A DNA stretch of 64,000 nucleotides, taken from Mobula hypostoma (taxonomy: Eukaryota). Made by a program: the position numbers and the translations under genes. Positions 15,001 through 26,331 of the stretch are shown here, piece by piece (the first letter of the stretch is position 1; every line of letters starts with the position of its first letter). The DNA lies in the NCBI RefSeq assembly GCF_963921235.1, contig NC_086101.1:1922001-1986000 (forward strand). Reading direction: 5' to 3'. Below the pieces are notes generated by a model. The model ran no database searches. It was not told where the DNA came from and saw only the letters and a program-made list of their open reading frames with translations.

Positions 15001-16932
15001 GACGGGGGGTGAGGGAAGGTGTACAGTGTGTGGGGGGTGAGGGAAGGTGTACAGTGTGTGGGGATGGGGGGGTGAGGGAAGGTGTACAGTGTGTGGGGGG
15101 TGAGGGAAGGTGTACAGTGTGTGGGGACGGGGGGGTGAGGAAAGGTGTACAGTGTGTGGGGACGGGGGGTGAGGGAAGGTGTACAGTGTGTGGGGACGGG
15201 GGGGTGAGGGAAGGTGTACAGTGTGTGGGGATGGGGGGGTGAGGGAAGGTGTACAGTGTGTGGGGACGGGGGGTGAGGGATGGTGTACAGTGTGTGGGGA
15301 CAGGGGGTGAGGGAAGGTGTACAGTGTGTGTGGGGGGTGAGGGAAGGTGTACAGTGTGTGGGGGGGTGAGGGAAGGTGTACAGTGTGTGGGGACGGGGGG
15401 GTGAGGGAAGGTGTACAGTGTGTGGGGACGGGGGGTGAGGGAAGGTGTACAGTGTGTGGGGATGGGGGGGTGAGGGAAGGTGTACAGTGTGTGGGGGGTG
15501 AGGGAAGGTGTACAGTGTGTGGGGATGGGGGGGTGAGGGAAGGTGTACAGTGTGTGGGGGGTGAGGGAAGGTGTACAGTGTGTGGGGACGGGGGGGTGAG
15601 GGAAGGTGTACAGTGTGTGGGGACAGGGGGTGAGGGAAGGTGTACAGTGTGTGGGGACGGGGGAGTGAGGGAAGGTGTACAGTGTGTGGGGACGGGGGGG
15701 TGAGGGAATGTGTACAGTGCGTGGGGGGTGAGGGAAGGTGTACAGTGTGTGGGGACGGGGGGGTGAGGGAAGGTGTACAGTATGTGGGGGGAGAGGGAAG
15801 GTGTACAGTGTGTGGGGGGTGAGGGAAGGTGTACAGTGTGTGGGGACGGGGGGGTGAGGGAAGGTGTACAGTGTGTGGGGGGTGAGGGAAGGTGTACAGT
15901 GTGTGTGGACGGGGGGTGAGGGAAGGTGTACAGTGTGTGTGGGGGGTGAGGGAAGGTGTACAGTGTGTGTGGGGGGTGAGGGAAGGTGTACAGTATGTGG
16001 GGGGAGAGGGAAGGTGTACAGTGTGTGGGGGGTGAGGGAAGGTGTACAGTGTGTGGGGACGGGGGGGTGAGGGAAGGAGTACAGTGTGTGGGGACGGGGG
16101 GGTGAGGGAAGGTGTACAGTGTGTGGGGACGGGGGGGTGAGGGAAAGTGTACAGTGTGTGGGGACGGGGGGGTGAGGGAAGGTGTACAGTGTGTGTGGGG
16201 GGTGAGGGAAGGTGTACAGTGTGTGGGGGGGTGAGGGAAGGTGTACAGTGTGTGGGGACGGGGGGTGAGGGAAGGTGTACGGTGTGTGGGGACGGCGGTG
16301 TGAGGGAAGGTGTACAGTGTGTGGGGGGGTGAGGGAAGGTGTACAGTGTGTGGGGGGTGAGGGAAGGTGTACAGTGTGTGGGGGGGTGAGGGAAGGTGTA
16401 CAGTGTGTGTGGGGGGTGAGGGAAGGTGTACAGTGTGTGGGGACGGGGGGTGAGGGAAGGTGTACAGTGTGTGGGGGGTGAGGGAAGGTGTACAGTGTGT
16501 GGGGACGGGGGGGTGAGGGAAGGTGTACAGTGTGTGGGGACGGGGGGTGAGGGAAGGTGTACAGTGTGTGGGGACGGGGGGGTGAGGGAAAGTGTACAGT
16601 GTGTGGGGACGGGGGGGTGAGGGAAAGTGTACAGTGTGTGGGGACGGGGGTGAGGGAAGGTGTACAGTGTGTGGGGACGGGGGGGTGAGGGAAGGTGTAC
16701 AGTGTGTGGGGACGGGGGGTGAGGGAAGGTGTACAGTGTGTGGGCACGGGGGGGTGAGGGAAGGTGTACAGTGTGTGGGGACGGGGGTGTGAGGGAAAGT
16801 GTACAGTGTGTGGGGACGGGGGGGTGAGGGAAGGTGTACAGTGTGTGGGGACGGGGGGGGTGAGGGAAAGTGTACAGTGTGTGGGGACGGGGGGGTGAGG
16901 GAAGGTGTACAGTGTGTGGGGACGGGGGGTGA
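1..16932 (+). repeat. Minisatellite array 1, G-rich, truncated by the window start. Constant core TGAGGGAAGGTGTACAGTGTGT followed by either G6-8 (28-30 bp unit) or GGGGAC+G5-8 (33-36 bp unit)
   Basis: Read directly: first period is 34 bp (GGGAAG at 1 and 35). About 500 copies. Length variation is almost entirely in the G-runs and in presence or absence of the GGGGAC module. Confidence 0.98.
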
Positions 16933-17062
16933 AGTGGGGTCAGTGTCTGTACACTGAGTGCAGGGTGGGGAATCCTGCGGGGTGGGGCCTCACTGTATGA
17001 TTCTATGGGGTCAGGGGGATGGGGTGGGGTTCAGTCTCTGTGCACCCCTCGATTCACGCCTG

Positions 17063-17379
17063 TGTCATGTCGTTTTCTGAACATAAGAAAACATATTGTA
17101 GCTGCGGATCGGGTGAAGCACAGAGTCAGACACTGAGGGAAAGAACATAGTAGAAATAAAGAAAAACAACAAATATAACTTGCAAGTTGGCCTCCGTTCA
17201 GAGATGATGGTGTGTCCCTGAGGTGACGCTCAATACAGGAGGGTCTGGGCACACGTTGACCCTGACAGGAGTTGATGAAGTCGTGATGAAGGGGTGGCTT
17301 TGGGCTGCAGGTGTGATCAGCCCCACTGTTTGGGCAAAGTAATAGGTTTTGATTGTGGCTGTCCTGGTGTTCCATGACA
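17063..17379. mobile_element. Candidate solo LTR (Gypsy-like) or other short element with inverted termini
   Basis: 317-bp segment bounded by perfect 7-bp inverted termini TGTCATG (17063-17069) and CATGACA (17373-17379), giving the TG...CA ends typical of LTRs. No target-site duplication is visible. Confidence 0.35.
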
Positions 17380-17385
17380 TATTGT

Positions 17386-18328
17386 CTGTCTTGTCTCCCT
17401 TTCTCTTCACCATTTACACCTCGGACTTCAACTGCTGCACAGAGTCTTGCCATCTTCAGAAGTTTTCGGATGACTCTGCCATAATTGGATGCATCAGCAA
17501 GGGAGATGAGGTTGAGTACAGGGCTACGATAGGAAACTTTGTCACATGGTGTGAGCAGAATTATCTGCAGCTTAATGTGAGAAAGACTGAGGAGCTGGTG
17601 GTAGACCTGAGGAGAGCTAAGGTACCGGTGACCCCTGTTTCCATCCAGGGGGTCAGTGTGGACATGGTGGAGGATTACAAATACCTGGGGATACGAATTG
17701 ACAATAAACTGGACTGGTCAAAGAACACTGAGGCTGTCTACAGAAGGGTCAGAGCAGTCTCTATTTCCTGAGGAGACTGAGGTCCTTTAACATCTGCTGG
17801 ACGATGCTGAGGATGTTCTACGAGTCTGTGGTGGCCAGTGCTATCATGTTTGCTGTTGTGTGCTGGGGCAGCAGGCTGAGGGTAGCAGACACCAACAGAA
17901 TCAACAAACTCATTCATAAGGTCAGTGATGTTGTGGGGATGGAACTGGACTCTCTGACGGTGGTGTCTGAAAAGAGGATGCTGTCCAAGTTGCATGCCAT
18001 CTTGGTCAATGTCTCCCATCCACTACATAATGTACTGGGTGGGCACAGGAGTACATTCAGCCAGAGACTCATTCCACCGAGATGCAACACAGAGCGTCAT
18101 AGGAAGTCATTCCTGCCTGTGGCCATCAAACTTTACAACTCCTCCCTTGGAGGGTCAGACACCCTGAGCCCATAGGCTGGTCCTGGAGTTATTTCATAAT
18201 TTACTGCCATAATTTACATATTAATATTTAACTATTTTGGTTCTATTACTATTTATTATTTATGGTGCAACTGTAACGAAAACCAATTTCCCCCGGGATC
18301 AATAAAGTATGACTATGAGTATGACTAT
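17386..18328 (+). mobile_element. 5'-truncated Rex1/Babar-clade LINE: reverse transcriptase C-terminal half plus 3' UTR, with one frameshift
   Basis: RT motifs LSPFLFTIYTSD, LQKFSDDSAIIG (catalytic DD), LNVRKTEELVVD and YKYLG..IDNKLDW. A 1-nt deletion near 17742 shifts the frame, which continues as MLRMFYESVVASAIMFAVVCWG...RHRKSFLPVAIKLYN. The 3' end is GGGATC-AATAAA followed by a short (GACTAT)-type tail. Confidence 0.93.
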
Positions 18329-18339
18329 TCCCCGATGGG

Positions 18340-18452
18340 AAACCAGAGAAAATTTGCCGATGCTGGAAATCCGAGCAACACACAGAAAATGCTGCAGGAT
18401 CTCAGCAGGCCAGGCAGCATGATACTGAGTTCCTCCAGCATTTGTGTGTGTT
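18340..18452. repeat. Short, internally deleted palindromic interspersed repeat (Penelope-associated type common in elasmobranchs)
   Basis: Imperfect inverted repeat: AACACACAGAAAATGCTGCAGGATCTCAG (18377-18405) pairs with CTGAGTTCCTCCAGCATTTGTGTGTGTT (18425-18452). The family assignment is from recall only. Confidence 0.55.
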
Positions 18453-18496
18453 CCCTGGTGGGATTAGCTGCTTCCACTGAGGGTGGTCGGGACTGC

Positions 18497-18710
18497 AACT
18501 GGAGGTCATGGGTTGAGGGTGAAAGGTGATAACTTTAAAGGGTATATAAGGGGAAACTTTTTTCACTCAGAGGGTTGTGGGAGAGTTTGAAGGAACTTTG
18601 GATCGGTACACGGATGGAGGGCTGTGATACTGGTGCAGGTCGATGGGAGTAAGCAGTTTGGATGGTTTGGCAGAGACTAGATGGGCTGAAGGGCCAGTTT
18701 CCATGGCTCC
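18497..18710 (+). mobile_element. CR1-clade LINE 3'-end fragment, decayed
   Basis: Encodes a GHGLRVKG..FKG..RGNFFTQRVV-like ORF2 C-terminus, then a 3' UTR ending GACTAGATGGGCTGAAGGGCC. It is clearly homologous to 19085-19340. Confidence 0.85.
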
Positions 18711-18754
18711 ATGCACAGGATGTGTGGAATCTTTCATGTTCGTGTCCCTTTTGC

Positions 18755-19340
18755 ACACTGGCCTTTGTAATCAATGTATTGGGTACAGCAGGCGGGATGT
18801 TATGCTGACGTTGCATTGGTGAGTTTGGAGTATTGTGTTGAATTTTAATTACCTGCCTATTGGAAAGATATAAACAAGGTTGAAAGAGTACAGAGAAAAT
18901 TTACAAGGATGTTGTCGCTGGATAACTTGAGTTATAAAGAAAGATTGAACAGTTTAGGACTTTATTCATTAGAACATCGAAGATTGAGAGGAGATTTGAT
19001 AGTGGTATACAATATTATGAGGGATACAGATAGGGTAAATGCAAGCAGGGTTTCTCTACTGAGGTTGGGGTTGACTACAATCAGAGGTCATGGGTTAAGA
19101 GTGAAAGGTGAGAAGTTTAAGGGGGTCATGATGGGAAACTTCCTCACTCAGAGGCCTGTGAGAGTGTGGAACCAGCTGCCAGCACAAGTGGTGTAGACAA
19201 GCTCGATTTCAACACTTACGAGAAGTTCTGAGAGGTGTGTGGATGGCAGGAGTATGGAGGGCTATGGCTGATGGGAGTAGGAGTTTTAATGGTTTTAGCA
19301 CGGACTAGATGGGCCAAAGGGCTTTTTCTGTGCTGTATCT
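18755..19340 (+). mobile_element. CR1-clade LINE ORF2 C-terminal fragment plus 3' UTR, decayed
   Basis: LEYCVEF...ERVQRKFTRML...LSYKERLNSLGLYSLEHRRLRGDLIVVYNIM...RGHGLRVKG...GNFLTQRPVRVWNQLP are hallmark CR1 motifs. The 3' end reads GGACTAGATGGGCCAAAGGGC...CTGTGCTGTA. Confidence 0.92.
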
Positions 19341-19349
19341 TTCAGCAGG

Positions 19350-19507
19350 GTTTGCAGATTCCTTCATGACGTGACTGGCCCTTTTCCGTGTACATGTCCT
19401 ACATGGTGGGTGGGCAAGTGCCGGTAATGCATTGGGCAGATTTGACTACCCATTCTGGAGTCTTCCTGTCTGCAGTAGGGATGCTGTCCACTGTGAATAC
19501 GCAGAAT
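19350..19507 (-). mobile_element. Old Rex1/Babar-like LINE fragment in inverted orientation
   Basis: The minus strand translates ADRKTPEWVVKSAQCITGTCPPTM*DMYTE, matching the post-RT motif of this clade (DRKALQRVVKTAQRITG). Confidence 0.7.
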
Positions 19508-19529
19508 GAAGCAGTGTCATGCCCTGCTT

Positions 19530-19895
19530 AAGATTTCCACTTGTCGTGCCTCCTCGCTGGCAACACGTGGAAACCGTTTGACTCGGGCTGAACTACAGAG
19601 GCCGGGGAGGAGGTCTGGCCCCCAAACACGTAGCACCCAGACCCACCGGTGTGTGGACACGCCCTGGTGCTCGTGAACCAGGTCCCCAGCTATGGGTCAA
19701 TAGCCCCACTGACTTTTGGGCAGCCTCGGGAGAGACGAAGGCTACAGGAGTAAACCCAGACAGCAGATCCAGGCGGCTGGACGTCATCGAACATCCTTCT
19801 GGCAGCTCCTCCTAAATGTATCGTTTCCTAGGCTTTCCTGTGGACTACACTGAGAGGGAGACTCGACAACTGGGCACCTCAGCATCTCCATACCT
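19530..19895 (+). mobile_element. Possible RTE-type LINE 5'-UTR-derived repeat
   Basis: Motifs CCCCAGCTATGGGTCAATAGCCCC and GGAGTAAACCCAGACAG resemble RTE 5' UTRs from recall. There is no coding support. Confidence 0.25.
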
Positions 19896-19942
19896 GTGAT
19901 CATCATCACCAGCCATTGTCCTCGGATACCAACCCACTGCTA

Positions 19943-20598
19943 TGCTATAAGATATTTTGTTTAGCAGTTCTCTGTGAAAGCTGTGTGCCCGCTGGAAAGA
20001 GAGTTTTGGGGGAAGGAGCCGCATTGTGTCAGCCCATGGGAACTTTCTGTCCGGTGGGAGATTTGGGAGAGCTGTGTGGAGTCAGACTTCTAAAAGACGG
20101 CAGTCTGGTTTCGGGCTTTCTGCAGAGCTGAACACAAGGGGGCCGCAGAATGCCGCTGTCAGCCGGGGAGGCTCCTTTGCAAGAAGCGCTTTGTGCTGGA
20201 TGAGTAGCTCCGATGAGGAAGGGTCAATACTCCTGACAGTGCCAGTTCCATATGCTCTTCGAGAGGAGTTTGTGATGTGGCGGGCACTTTCCTGCAGACC
20301 GTGAGTGAAGGGAAATGCCCCAGACTACTCCAGAAAAGAGCTCCATTGTTTATGTACACATCGGACTGGTTTAACTGCAATGGGCCCTTTTGTTTCACTT
20401 TATCTGTAAATGATGAAAATTTGGTAAATATACCTTCTCTCTGATTTTATGCTGATATACGACCTGTCATTTCTGGGCTGCTGATAACTCTGTGGGCAGT
20501 ACTTACACAGCGCTCACTCACGGTGAAGTTTCTTTAATTGGAACATCAACAAATTCCTGTTTGGTTGAAACATAAGTCATTCTGACCCTAGAATTACA
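19943..20598 (+). mobile_element. Possible decayed solo LTR
   Basis: About 650 bp of non-coding sequence running TG...TTACA and becoming AT-rich distally. Boundaries are uncertain and there is no target-site duplication. Confidence 0.2.
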
Positions 20599-20658
20599 TT
20601 GCTTATGAAAGGTGGCCTTTTCACCAGAGTCACTTGGCTATTAGCAGAGTTAGCTAAC

Positions 20659-21478
20659 CATCCCCCATTCCCACCCCTCTCCCATTCCCACCCATCCCAC
20701 ACCCATTCCCACCCGTCCACCACCATTCCCACCCATCCACCATTCCCACTCCTCTCCCATTCCCACCCGTCCACCCCCATTCCCACCCGTCCCATCCCCA
20801 TTCCCCTCCGTCCACCCCATTCCCACCCACCCACCATTCCCACCCCACCCCCATTCCCACCTGTCCACCCCCATTCCCACCCATCCACCATTCCCACCCC
20901 ACCTACATTCCCACCCGTCCACCATTCCCACCCCGTCCACCCCCATTCCCACCCGTCCACCATTCCCACCCCACCTACCTTCCCACCCGTCCACTATTCC
21001 CACCCCACCTGCCTTCCCACCCGTCCACCATTCTCACCCATCCACCATTCCCACCCGTCCACCATTCCCACCCATCCACCATTCCCACCTCACCTGCCTT
21101 CCCACCCGTCCACCATTCCCACCCCACCTACCTTCAAATCCGTCCACCATTCCCACCCATCCACCATTCCCACCCCACCTACCTTCCCACCCGTCCACCA
21201 TTCCCACCCATCCACCATTCCCACCCCACCTACCTTCCCACCCGTCCACCATTCCCACCCATCCACCATTCCCACCCCACCTACCTTCCCACCCGTCCAC
21301 CAGTCCCACCCATCCACCATTCCCACCCCACCTACCTTCCCACCCGTCCACCATTCCCACCCATCCACCATTCCCACCCCACCTATCTTCCCACCCGTCC
21401 ACCATTCCCACCCCACCTGCCTTCCCACCCGTCCACCATTCCCACCCGTCCACCATTCCCACCCATCCACCATTCCCA
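20659..21478 (+). repeat. C-rich array 2: 17-bp monomers forming a 51-bp trimer
   Basis: CCCACCCGTCCACCATT + CCCACCCATCCACCATT + CCCACCCCACCTACCTT repeat regularly at about 21130-21400. The array is more degenerate at its left end. Confidence 0.95.
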
Positions 21479-21624
21479 ATTGTCGTGCCTGAGACTGCTG
21501 TAGCCACCAGCCCGATACATCACCTCATTTCTGCTTGCTCGCTGGTGGTTAGTTTCTCCAGCAACCCTCTGCAAGGTGAGTTTCCCTTCTCACTGGAAGA
21601 TGCCCCATCAGTTGTTACCTGCAC

Positions 21625-21830
21625 AGTGACCTTGTAATATTTCACTGTCACACTGGGACACAACTGTGTTCATTAAGGACAACCACTTGTCCGTCCGTGA
21701 CTGTACTGTGTCGCCACAGTACTTCACAGTAACGGAGACACGACTGTGTTCATTACAGACACCCACATCTGTCTGTGTCTGCACATTGGCTGCAATACCT
21801 CAGAGTCACACCGAGACACGACTGTATCAG
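21625..21830 (+). repeat. Degenerate tandem repeat of about 79 bp, roughly 3 copies
   Basis: GACAC(A/G)ACTGT occurs at 21657, 21737 and 21815. The first two copies share GACAC(A/G)ACTGTGTTCATTA. Confidence 0.7.
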
Positions 21831-21832
21831 AG

Positions 21833-24800
21833 AGATGGGGTCACGGACGGGTGTATCAGGGTCACACGGCGGGATGGAGACATAGACAGGTGTATCAGGG
21901 TCACAGGGCGGGATGGGGTCACGGACGGCTGTATCAGGGTCACACGGCGGGATGGGGTCACGGACGGCTATATCAGGGTCACAGGGCAGGATGGGGTCAC
22001 AGATGGCTGTATCCCGGGTCACAGGGCGGTATGGGGTCACGGATGGGTGTATCAGGGTCACAGAGTGGGATGGGGTCACGGACGGGTGTATCCCGGGTCA
22101 CAGGGCGGACTGGGGTCACGGACGGGTGTATCCCGGGTCACAGGGCGGGATGGGGTCACGGACGGGTGTATCCCGGGTCACAGGACGGGATGGGGTCACG
22201 GACGGGTGTATCAGGGTCACAGGGCGGGATGGGGTCACGGACAGGTGTATCAGGGTCACAGGGCAGGATGGGGTCACGGACGGGTGTATCAGGGTCACAG
22301 GGCGGGATGGGGTCACGGACAGGTGTATCGGGGTCACGGACTTGTGTATCGGGGTCACGGACAGGTGTATCGGGGTCACAGGGCAGGATGGGGTCACAGA
22401 TGGCTGTATCCCGGGTCACAGGGCGGGATGGGGTCACGGATGGGTGTATCCCGGGTCACAGGGCGGGATGGGGTCACGGATGGGTGTATCCCGGGTCACA
22501 GGGCGGGATGGGGTCACGGATGGGTGTATCCCGGGTCACAGGGCGGGATGGGGTCACGGACGGGTGTATCCCGGGTCACAGGGCGGGATGGGGTCATGGA
22601 CGGGTGTATCAGGGTCACAGGGCGGGATGGGGACACGAGCGGGTGTATCCCAGGTCACAGGGCGGGATGGGGTCACAGACGGGTGTATCCCGGGTCACAG
22701 GGCGGGATGGGGTCACGGACGGGTGTATCCCGGGTCACAGGGCGGGATGGGGTCACGGACGGGTGTATCAGGGTCACAGGGCGGGATGGGGACACGAGCG
22801 GGTGTATCCCAGGTCACAGGGCGGGATGGGGTCACAGACGGGTGTATCCCGGGTCACAGGGCGGGATGGGGTCATGGACGGGTGTATCCCGGGTCACAGG
22901 GCGGGATGGGGTCACGGACGGGTGTATCCCGGGTCACAGGGCGGGATGGGGTCACGGACGGGTGTATCAGGGTCACACGGCGGGATGGAGACATAGACAG
23001 GTGTATCAGGGTCACAGGGCGGGATGGGGTCACGGACGGCTATATCAGGGTCACAGGGCAGGATGGGGTCACAGATGGCTGTATCCCGGGTCACAGGGCG
23101 GTATGGGGTCACGGACGGGTGTATCAGGGTCACAGAGTGGGATGGGGTCACGGACGGATGTATCCCGGGTCACAGGGCGGACTGGGGTCACGGACGGGTG
23201 TATCCCGGGTCACAGGGCGGACTGGGGTCACGGACGGGTGTATCCCGGGTCACAGGGCGGGATGGGGTCACGGACGGGTGTATCCCGGGTCACAGGGCGG
23301 GATGGGGTCACGGACGGGTGTATCAGGGTCACAGGGCGGGATGGGGTCACGGACAGGTGTATCAGGGTCACAGGGCAGGATGGGGTCACGGACGGGTGTA
23401 TCAGGGTCACAGGGCGGGATGGGGTCACGGACAGGTGTATCGGGGTCACGGACTTGTGTATCGGGGTCACGGACAGGTGTATCGGGGTCACAGGGCAGGA
23501 TGGGGTCACAGATGGCTGTATCCCGGGTCACAGGGCAGGATGGGGTCACGGACGGGTGTATCAGGGTCACAGGGCGGGATGGGGTCACGGACAGGTGTAT
23601 CGGGGTCACGGACTTGTGTATCGGGGTCACGGACAGGTGTATCGGGGTCACAGGGCAGGATGGGGTCACAGATGGCTGTATCCCGGGTCACAGGGCGGGA
23701 TGGGGTCACGAATGGGTGTATCCCGGGTCACAGGGCGGGATGGGGTCACGGACGGGTGTATCCCGGGTCACAGGGCGGGATGGGGTCACGGACGGGTGTA
23801 TCAGGGTCACAGGGCGGGATGGGGACACGAGCGGGTGTATCCCAGGTCACAGGGCGGGATGGGGTCACAGACGGGTGTATCCCGGGTCACAGGGCAGAAT
23901 GGGGTCACGGACGGGTGTATCCAGGGTCACAGGGCGGGATGGGGTCACGGACGGGTGTATCAGGGTCACAGGGCGGGATGGGGTCACGGACCGGTGTATC
24001 GGGGTCACAGGGCAGGATGGGGTCACAGATGGCTGTATCCCGGGTCACAGGGCGGGATGGAGTCACGTACGGGTGTATCCCGGGTCACAGGACGGGATGG
24101 GATCACGGACGGGTGTATCCCGGGTCACAGGGCTGGATGGGGTCACGGACAGGTGTATCCCGGGTCACAGGGCAGGATGGGGTCACGGACAGGTGTATCC
24201 CGGGTCACAGGGCGGGAAGGGGTCACGGACGGGTGTATCCCGGGTCACAGGGCGGGATGGGGTCACGGACGGTTGTATCAGGGTCACAGGGCGGGATGGG
24301 GTCACGGACAGGTGTATCAGGGTCACAGGGCAGGATGGGGTCATAGACGGGTGTATCAGGGTCACAGGGCGGGATGGGGTCACGGACAGGTGTATCCCGG
24401 GTCACAGGGCGGGATGTGGTCACGGTCAGGTGTATCAGGGTCACAGGGCGGGATAGGGACACAGATGGGTGTATCAGGGTCACAGGGCAGGATGGGGTCA
24501 CAGACGGGTGTATCAGGGTCACAGGGCGGAACGGGGTCATAGACGGGTGTATCAGGGTCACAGATGGGTGTATCAGGGTCACAGGGCAGGATGGGGTCAT
24601 AGACGGGTGTATCAGGGTCACAGGGCGGGATGGGGTCACGGACAGGTGTATCCCGGGTCACAGGGCGGGATGTGGTCACGGTCAGGTGTATCAGGGTCAC
24701 AGGGCGGGATGGGGACACAGATGGGTGTATCAGGGTCACAGGGCAGGATGGGGTCACAGACGGGTGTATCAGGGTCATAGACGGGTGTATCAGGGTCACA

Positions 24801-26331
24801 GATGGGTGTATCAGGGTCACAGGGCAGGATGGGGTCACAGACGGGTGTATCAGAATCACAGGGCGGGATGGGGTCACGGATGGGTGTATAAGGGTCACGG
24901 CGGGATGGGGACACGGACGGGTGTATCAGGGTCACAGGGCAGGATGGGGTCACGGACGGGTGTATCAGGGTCACAGGGCGGGATGGGGTCACGGACAGGT
25001 GTATGGGGTCACGGACAGGTGTATCACGGTCACAGGGCAGGATGGGGTCACTGATGGCTGTATCCCGGGTCACAGGGCGGGTTGGGGTCACAGACGGGTG
25101 TATCCCGGGTCACAGGGCAGGATGGGGTCACGGACGGGTGTATCCCGGGTCACAGGGCGGGATGGAGACACGGACGGATGTATCATGGTCACAGGGCAGG
25201 ATGGGGACACAGACAGGTGTATCAGGGTCACAGGGCGGGATGGGGACACGGACAGGTGTATCAGGGTCACAGGGCGGGATGGAGACACGGACAGGTGTAT
25301 CAGGGTCACAGGGCGGGATGGAGACACGGACAGGTGTATCAGGGTCACAGGGCAGGATGGGGACACGGACAGGTGTATCAGGGTCACAGGGTGGGATGGG
25401 GTCACAGGGCGGGTGTATCAGGGTCACAGGGCGGGATGGAGATACGGACAGGTGTATCAGGGTCACAGGGCAGGATGGGGACACAGACAGGTGTATCAGG
25501 GTCACAGGGCGGGATGGGGTCACGGACGGGTGTATCAGGGTCACAGGGCAGTATGGGGTCACAGACGGGTGTATCAGGGTCACAGGGCGGGATGGGGACA
25601 TGAACGGGTATATCAGGGTCCCAGGGCGGGATGGGGTCACAGACGGGTGTATCCCGGGTCACAGGGCAGGATGGGGACACGGGCGGGTGTATCAGAGTCA
25701 CAGGGCGGGATGGGGTCACGGACGGCTGTATCCCGGGTCACAGGGCGGGATGGGGTCACGGACGGGTGTATCCCGGGTCACAGGGCGGGATGGGGTCACA
25801 GACGGGTGTATCCCGGGTCACAGGGCAGGACGGGGTCACGGACAGGTGTATCAGTGTCACAGGGCGGGATGGGGTCACAGACAGGTGTATCAGGGTCACA
25901 GGGCAGGATGGGGTCACAGACGGGTGTATCAGGGTCACAGGGCGGGACGGGGTCACAGATGGGTGTATCAAGGTCACAGGGCGGGATGGGGTCATGGACG
26001 GGTGTATCCCGGGTCACAGGGCAGGATGGAGACACGGACAGGTGTATCAGGGTCACAGGGCAGGATGGGGACACGGGCGGGTGTATCCTGGGTCACAGGG
26101 CGGGATGGGGTCATGGACAGGTGTATCAGGGTCACAGGGCAGGATGGGGTCACAGACGGGTGTATCAGGGTCACAGGGCAGGATGGGGTCACAGACGGGT
26201 GTATCAGGGTCACAGGGCGGGATGGGGTCACGGACGGGTGTATCAGGCTCACAGGGCAGGATGGGGTCACAGACGGGTGTATCAGGGTCACAGGGCGGGA
26301 TGGGGTCACGGACGGGTGTATTCCGGGTCAC
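21833..26331 (+). repeat. Minisatellite array 3, 39/40-bp unit GGGTCACAGGGCGGGATG-GGGTCACGGACGGGTGTATC(A/CC)
   Basis: Read directly, about 115 copies. The unit is a dimer of 18-bp and 21/22-bp halves, each starting GGGTCAC. Confidence 0.97.

Noticed and set aside
533..16747. Giant Pro/His/Thr-rich minus-strand ORFs (3204, 1431, 546, 1555 aa) and many short G/V/C-rich plus-strand ORFs
   Set aside because: They are translations of array 1. The C-rich strand lacks stops, and the peptide switches among three repeat frames at every G-run length change, which argues against coding constraint.
17349..18175. RT ORFs as an active or domesticated reverse transcriptase
   Set aside because: The element is 5'-truncated within the RT domain, frameshifted, and followed by a normal LINE 3' tail, so it is a dead copy.
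20577..21507. Extensin-like and Gly/Trp-rich ORFs
   Set aside because: Translations of the 17/51-bp array on both strands.
21541..21548. Exact E. coli Chi octamer GCTGGTGG
   Set aside because: A lone octamer is expected by chance, and RecBCD Chi has no role in a vertebrate genome.
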